Shown here piece after piece: positions 33,855-39,408 of a stretch of 39,408 nt of DNA. How positions within the stretch are numbered: position 1 is the stretch's first letter; every line of letters starts with the position of its first letter. The DNA comes from Macrostomum lignano (Eukaryota), in the NCBI GenBank assembly GCA_002269645.1, contig NIVC01004649.1:1-39408 (forward strand). Direction: 5' to 3'. Both the position numbers and the translations under genes were made by a program. A model generated the notes under the pieces. It worked only from the letters and a program-made list of their open reading frames with translations, was not told where the DNA came from and did no database searches.

Positions 33855-34130
33855 CTTTGTAAAATTTAACGAATATTCATGTCCCAACCCCCTTTGCAAA
33901 ATTTGCAAATAATCATCGTTCCAATGTCCTCTTTGTAAAGTTGAATGAATATTCATCTCTCCTCGTCCCCCTTTGTAAAATTTAATTAATATTTATCTTT
34001 CCCTACCGGCCCACCCCCATGGCCTTTGTAACATTTGGCAAATATTAATCTCCGCCCATAGGCCTACCCCCTTTGCAAATTTGGGGAATATCCACCTCCC
34101 ATCCCCCTTTGTAAAATTAGCGATATTTCG
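33855..34130. repeat. Degenerate ~38-50-bp tandem repeat, ~7 copies (CTTTGTAAAATTT..CGAATATT core plus C-rich spacer)
   Basis: The CTTTG(T/C)AAA core recurs seven times, separated by variable C-rich segments. Confidence 0.75.
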
Positions 34131-34492
34131 CCATTTATGGCGCATGACCAAGATAGCCACACTAAGATGGCCACAGCTCTAAATGTCTTAATAAGATAAT
34201 AAGAAACCTGAGGTCTATATATTTAATTTATTTCCTATTGGTAGCAATTTTTATTAGGTATAGATCTTCAAGTCTTAGAGAGATAGATGCTATTATAATG
34301 GAATTATATAAGTCTAGTATAAAAGATACCTTATTGCATATTTATTACATTTTTTGAATATTATTATCATTAGCAATGATTTCTTGATAAACAAATAATA
34401 ATAGATTTGATAGATATAATGATAGAGGCCTAGGCCTAGGGAATAAATTGGCATACAAATTCAAAAAGATTATATATAAAGTTTTTATATTA

Positions 34493-35582
34493 GGCATTTG
34501 TTATTTGTCCAGTTAAATTGCTAACACAAATATCTATTTGTTTCAAATATTCTATATTTTTAAGATATTTTCTTGTATACTGATTCATATTTTGTTGTTT
34601 ACTACTAGTGTTAAAAATGCAGTGGGCTCATTCCATATAAGATGAACATTTTTGGAAAATAGAAAAAAGTAAATATTTTTGCTTGCCATTGCCTTATCAG
34701 CCAATTTTTTTACCAAATGTTTTTTATGTGTAATATCTACAATCTAAGAATAAATAAATGATAAAATGTTGGATTAGTATGTTATCAAGTGGCAAAAAGT
34801 CATTTTTGTAAAAATTTGGACATTTTTCTAAGCAAAAGACATCATTAAGTTTGTGTACCTTTTAAAAACAAATAGAAAGCTTTGGAAGGTTGAAACAAAC
34901 TATAGATAAAAGTATAGTACTTGCATCATCAGATAAAAGTATTGGTGACCAAATAATCTATTATATTTTTAATATATTGGTACCTCAAAGTTACTGAATT
35001 GACAGAAAAAAATATGTTACGACCATAATGTTACGACCATAAGGCTGCCTTTTTTTGTATCTTTGTTGCCTTTTGAGTTTATATATTCTACAAAAAGAGT
35101 ATGATTACTGAAGATGTTGTTAGTCAAATTTTTAAAAATGTATTGCAAAATATAAAAAATAAAAAATGTTATAAGACTTTTACCTTTTAGTTTCTATATG
35201 TCAAAAATCCTGTTGTTACGACCATAAGTGCCATTCAAGGTTTAATAGCATCTATACTAATGATGATATCTACATGAAACTCTATAAAAATATTCTTGGC
35301 AAAATTATCTTTCATTTAAATATTGGTTTAGTATATTCTATTATTATATTTCATTTTATAAGTAAAAATAGTCTGTCATGTTATGACCTCATTTTATATG
35401 GAATGAGCCAGTGTATTCAATTTGGCATAATTTGGTATATATAGGATATATACCAGTATAAAATAATAATCAAGATACAAGTAAGAAATCTTTGAAGTCT
35501 AGGAATATTCACCCTTGTATTCACCCTTGTAAAAAAAGATATTTTAGCATTATTAATTTAACTAGACAAATAACAAAATGCC
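34493..35582. mobile_element. Outer MITE with ~28-bp TIRs and TA TSD
   Basis: TA|GGCATTTGTTATTTGTCCAGTTAAATT (34491-34519) vs AATTTAACTAGACAAATAACAAAATGCC|TA (35555-35584): one gap and one mismatch. Confidence 0.65.
34620..35413. mobile_element. Inner MITE nested in the outer MITE
   Basis: GGCTCATTCCATATAAGATGA (34625-34645) vs TCATTTTATATGGAATGAGCC (35389-35409): 20/21 inverted match. Internal GTTACGACCATAA occurs three times. The TSD is ambiguous: AGTG, or TG/TA if the ends are CAGTG/CACTG. Confidence 0.7.
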
Positions 35583-35861
35583 TATTTGTTTGTTATTAAC
35601 TGGATAAATAAGAAAGCATAGCCGTTATCTAGTAACTGGACAAATAACCATATTGCTATTTGTCCAGTCACCGGACAAATAACAACTGTCTTTATATTAT
35701 AGGTAATTATTAGATTCAAACCTTAGATCTATTATTGTATGGTATTACTAATATTTATAAATATGATTGATTAAAAATAATAATTAGTATAACAATAGGT
35801 ATTAAGTTGCATATTAATAGTGAAAAAAGAAAAGATATGATAATAAAGATTCAATGTTGTG

Positions 35862-36253
35862 TAGAGGTCAGACAGGATCCCGATCCCGATCCAGAAATCT
35901 CGGGATCCGAGGAAAATTGAATTCCCGCGGGACCAGAATCCTGACTCTAAAAAACTCAAGATTTGGGAACAGGTCTTTCAATTAATAATTTATAGATTTA
36001 GTGATTACTTGAAGGTATTTTGCTTTAACTTGTACTCGTTACATTATTTACTTTGTTGGTTACAAAACTTCATATCAATTTTGTTGTGTTTTACTTCTTG
36101 ATCTTGACAATAATTTCTCAATTTTGTTTAACTTTACATGGACAATACACTAAAAGACCTGATCCTGATTCCCGAATCCCAATCCTGATCCCGAGAAAAA
36201 AATTATTCCCGATCCTGATCCCACCCAAAGATTTCAATCCCGTCCAACCTCTA
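35862..36253. mobile_element. hAT-type MITE, 392 bp
   Basis: Exact 8-bp TSD ATGTTGTG (35854-35861 and 36254-36261). TIRs TAGAGGTCAGACAGGATC / revcomp TAGAGGTTGGACGGGATT (14/18). Subterminal ATCCCG/ATCCTG repeats at both ends. Confidence 0.9.
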
Positions 36254-37249
36254 ATGTTGTGGCTATCTTGGTGTATGGCTATCTGATTCTTGGTCTTATA
36301 CTATATAGAAAGGGACTTGGTCACTGCTGCTTGTTTACTTGATTATATGACCTTCTATGAGTATTTAACTGGAGTCAATAAGCATTAGCACAATATTGGA
36401 TTGTAATATAGTAGAAAATCATATCACCAATGAAAATAGTCATAATAGAACAAAGCTATTAAGGTACAAAAGCCATTGTAAAAATGCATTCAAATGTTCA
36501 CAATGTTGTAATAGTTTGCTTAAAAGTAATCATATAATAAAGCAAAAGCTAAAAAGGAGCATTTTTGTAGCTCAACATATTCAACACTAGTTCTAAATAA
36601 ATTTCTTGTAAAAAATGACAGTAAGTATAATTTTCACTCATTTTTACTTTCTGGACTAAGGTGGTTTGATTAGGTTCCATAATATAATATAGCATTTTTA
36701 TTATAAAAAGAAGTAACTTTTAGTAAGTTATTAGCAAGTTAAAAAGCCACAACAAAGAAATGACATAATTTGTTTAAAATGTTATTAGCACAGGCCTTGA
36801 TTAAATGTTCCCTGGCACTTAAAAATGCTGCATGGGTACATGTCCTTATAAATTTCAACCTATTGGACAATTTATTTTACAATTAATTTATATTTCTTGC
36901 TAGTAAAGTTGGTCATAAGTTAAAATAATAAAGTTGTCTTTTTCAATTCAAAATTTAAGATAATGTTTTTTAATGTTTTTTGTAATGAGTTAACAAGCTA
37001 ACAAAGGAAAAACATTTAAAAACTGCTTGATAGAATTATCATTCAGTCATTTTATTAATATGTAACATTTTTCATAGAATATCTTATATAAAATAAATTA
37101 AAAAGTAAAGAGTGGCAATTCTGGCTAGTTATAATTGCTTTAATCCAAATTCATGCTTTCAGCTTTCAATTTGTCATGATCAAAATTAATGCAAGGGAAA
37201 TCGGCAAGAATCCAATCAATTCTAGGCATTTCTAATAGAAACAAGCATC

Positions 37250-39060
37250 TATGCTACCTTAAAAGTTGCCTTAATGTAATGTTGCCAAGCTTTTTCTACA
37301 AAGTATAGGCAACTTGCAAAATTGTCAAACCTCTCGAAATTAAGCCACTACTCTTACCACTTTGACATTTGTCAAACTTCTTTGGAGCAAAGATCTTCCT
37401 CTTAAAGCCTCTGTTGGAGATTACAAAGTTTAATGGCCTGAATTGTGTGACATACATATCCTAAGGCAGCTTGTTAAAAGTAGATGAGCTTGGGTACCTG
37501 ACACTTTCAAAGTCAAGTGGTGCTTTGAGATGGTCCTGGTTGTTTTTTTATATGTGTCTTGCTGCTAGCCAAACTTTTGTTAAATATACTTTTTAGATAA
37601 GCTGCCATGTTTTATCCCTCTAGGTTAGCAGATAATGCAAGAAAAACTCACAATTGCAAGCTTGCATATGCAAAAAATTTATTGTCACCTCCTTTGTTGC
37701 TAGGATGTAACTTGGTTTGCTTTGTATATTTTGAGAATGCACTTGGCTTTGTCATCTATATAGAAAATGCAAAGGTTTTATCAGTCACTTAAATGCACAT
37801 AATTGACAATAAAAGACTAACCAAAAAACTGCAAAAGGAATTGCTATTTCCTAAAAAGAGAAGCAGTGAAATGAAGAATAGGAAGCACAAGAAAAAATTA
37901 AAATACCTATTTTGGCTACATTGCCAGACATGCCTTCTTGGTAATGCAAAGTCTGCTTGGAGCTGTTGACTTTCTATCAGCCAGAATCCTAAAATGAACT
38001 AAAATTATTTTCATAAAATACTAAATTACCAACATAACATAGAAATGCAGATTGCAGGAAAGTTGTGATTTGCTTACTAATTTTGAACACAAGAGCAAGG
38101 TTACAGTTACTACAGACAAAGTTTAGGAAGTTCTGGCAATTCCTCTTTATCATTTTAGTTTGCTTTGTTATTAAGCATAACTTTGATTAGAATTGTTCAA
38201 TAGCCTTGCCATCAGTTTATCCAGTACCTTTGGTGGTGTGGATACCAGACTTCAATTGGCAGCCAGCTGTGTGATCATAGTTATGAAATGTAGGCATAGC
38301 AAACTGAAGTCGCTTGTCTTGGTGAAAGTGTCTTGATAGCTTACAAGCCACATTGTAACTTATGACAGCTTTGCAGCTTGATAGAAGCCTACTCAAGAAG
38401 TTATAGACCATCAACTTTGCATAATTAAGTCTAAAAGGGCAAGACATCAACTGTCTCCCAGCTGTCTTCAAAGCGCTGGACCTACTTGTTAACCATGGTT
38501 TTTGATAGTGCACATTCACCATACATTGCTTGTACCTTGCAAAGAATTTCCACTTGTCGCCTCCCTTGCTTTCACAAAAAACCAAATAATGCTCTGCTTT
38601 TTACTTCTTTGTTATTCAGCATAGTGAAAAAATTAGTGTGTAACTAAAATCACTGCAAGAAGGAAATGCCTGGCTTAAACAAGACCACTCTTGCTTTAAA
38701 ACATTCAGAATGTGATATTTATCTATGGTATAAAGTTTTGAGACAAAGTAGAATCAAAAAAGATATAATGCACGTTTAATTGCAGACTTTCTAAGTAACC
38801 CTCATACCTAAAAATAAATTTTATAATTCTTCTAATTTAATATAATGCTCAGTAGCTTTGCTTTTAAATGAGATAACTTTGTTTTACTTTAAAAAAGTGC
38901 AATATTCAACATTTTCAAATGAATTCATGCAAGTTTTTTTAAACAAATTAAAGCTCTGCACACATAAACCTTTTGGAGTTGCACAAGTTTGCTAGTAATA
39001 TACGCATAAATGCACAAAGTTTTTTGTCAGTGTATATGGAATGCAATTACATTTTTTTAC
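37250..39060 (-). pseudogene. Decayed KDZ (Kyakuja-Dileera-Zisupton) transposase with upstream cysteine cluster
   Basis: VISYNVACKLSRH...FAMPTFHNYDHTAGCQL...KGTG*TDGKAIEQF*SKL (38180-38370) matches the KDZ signature YDxAC...FAxPxFHxYGH...CQ...GxGxTDGExxERxWSxL. Upstream CNC...C.TP.GL (38960-39050) and downstream QAIKL...QRL*EE....EV*QM (37330-37460) also fit. There are many stops. Confidence 0.8.
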
Positions 39061-39074
39061 AAAAATTCTATCTT

Positions 39075-39300
39075 GGCCCATAAGTCTTGACATCTTAAAA
39101 CCCCCTTTTAACTTTTGAAACATCTTAACAATTCTCTTTATAAGTCTTAAAATCTTAGCTATCCTCTATGAACCTTAAATCTTAGCAATTCCTGCTATAA
39201 GCTTTATAATTTTAGCAAATTCCATTGTCCATCAGCCTTGATATCTTTCAATTCTCTCTTGTAAGCCTTAGTTAAGGCTTAACATCTCAGTAAGCCTTAA
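39075..39300. repeat. Degenerate ~29-30-bp tandem repeat, ~7 copies
   Basis: Units such as ATAAGTCTTGACATCTTAAAACCCCCTTTT, ATAAGTCTTAAAATCTTAGCTATCCTCT and ATAAGCTTTATAATTTTAGCAAATTCC. Confidence 0.6.
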
Positions 39301-39408
39301 CAATAGTCATAGCATTGTAGTACCCTTAAGACTTAATATTATAACAATCCCAAATAAATCTTTTATGTTAAACAAAATTTTTTTGGCATGATGCTTCTTT
39401 TATGCTTT

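Overview
Eukaryotic animal DNA: it has GT-AG introns and an INSM/nerfin/egl-46 zinc-finger gene. Its style resembles an invertebrate such as a Macrostomum-like flatworm, but the species cannot be established from this sequence. (1) About 0.2-21.3 kb, minus strand: one giant, intron-poor gene (~6,000 aa reconstructed by hand) with a midasin/Rea1-type plan of six MoxR-like AAA+ modules, an acidic D/E-rich tract and a C-terminal VWA. Unlike midasin, it has an N-terminal region resembling the clathrin heavy-chain terminal beta-propeller, ~1,900 aa of beta-strand-rich repeats where midasin has a helical linker, and a second degenerate VWA. Its ATPase motifs alternate intact/degenerate. As assembled, the frame is broken by a 950-bp RNase H-bearing non-LTR retrotransposon fragment, an in-frame TAA and about a dozen or more single-base frameshifts (pseudogene allele and/or long-read errors). 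(2) A 20-bp minisatellite lies in its probable first intron. (3) A divergently transcribed intronless INSM-family gene (27052-28275) has no SNAG motif but carries an eh1-like motif. (4) A second copy of the retroelement family and several MITEs (one carrying a minisatellite, one nested pair, one hAT-type with an 8-bp TSD). (5) An AT-rich, strongly CpG-depleted right end contains a decayed KDZ/Zisupton-type transposase. Family assignments come from motif recognition and remembered consensus sequences, not database searches.
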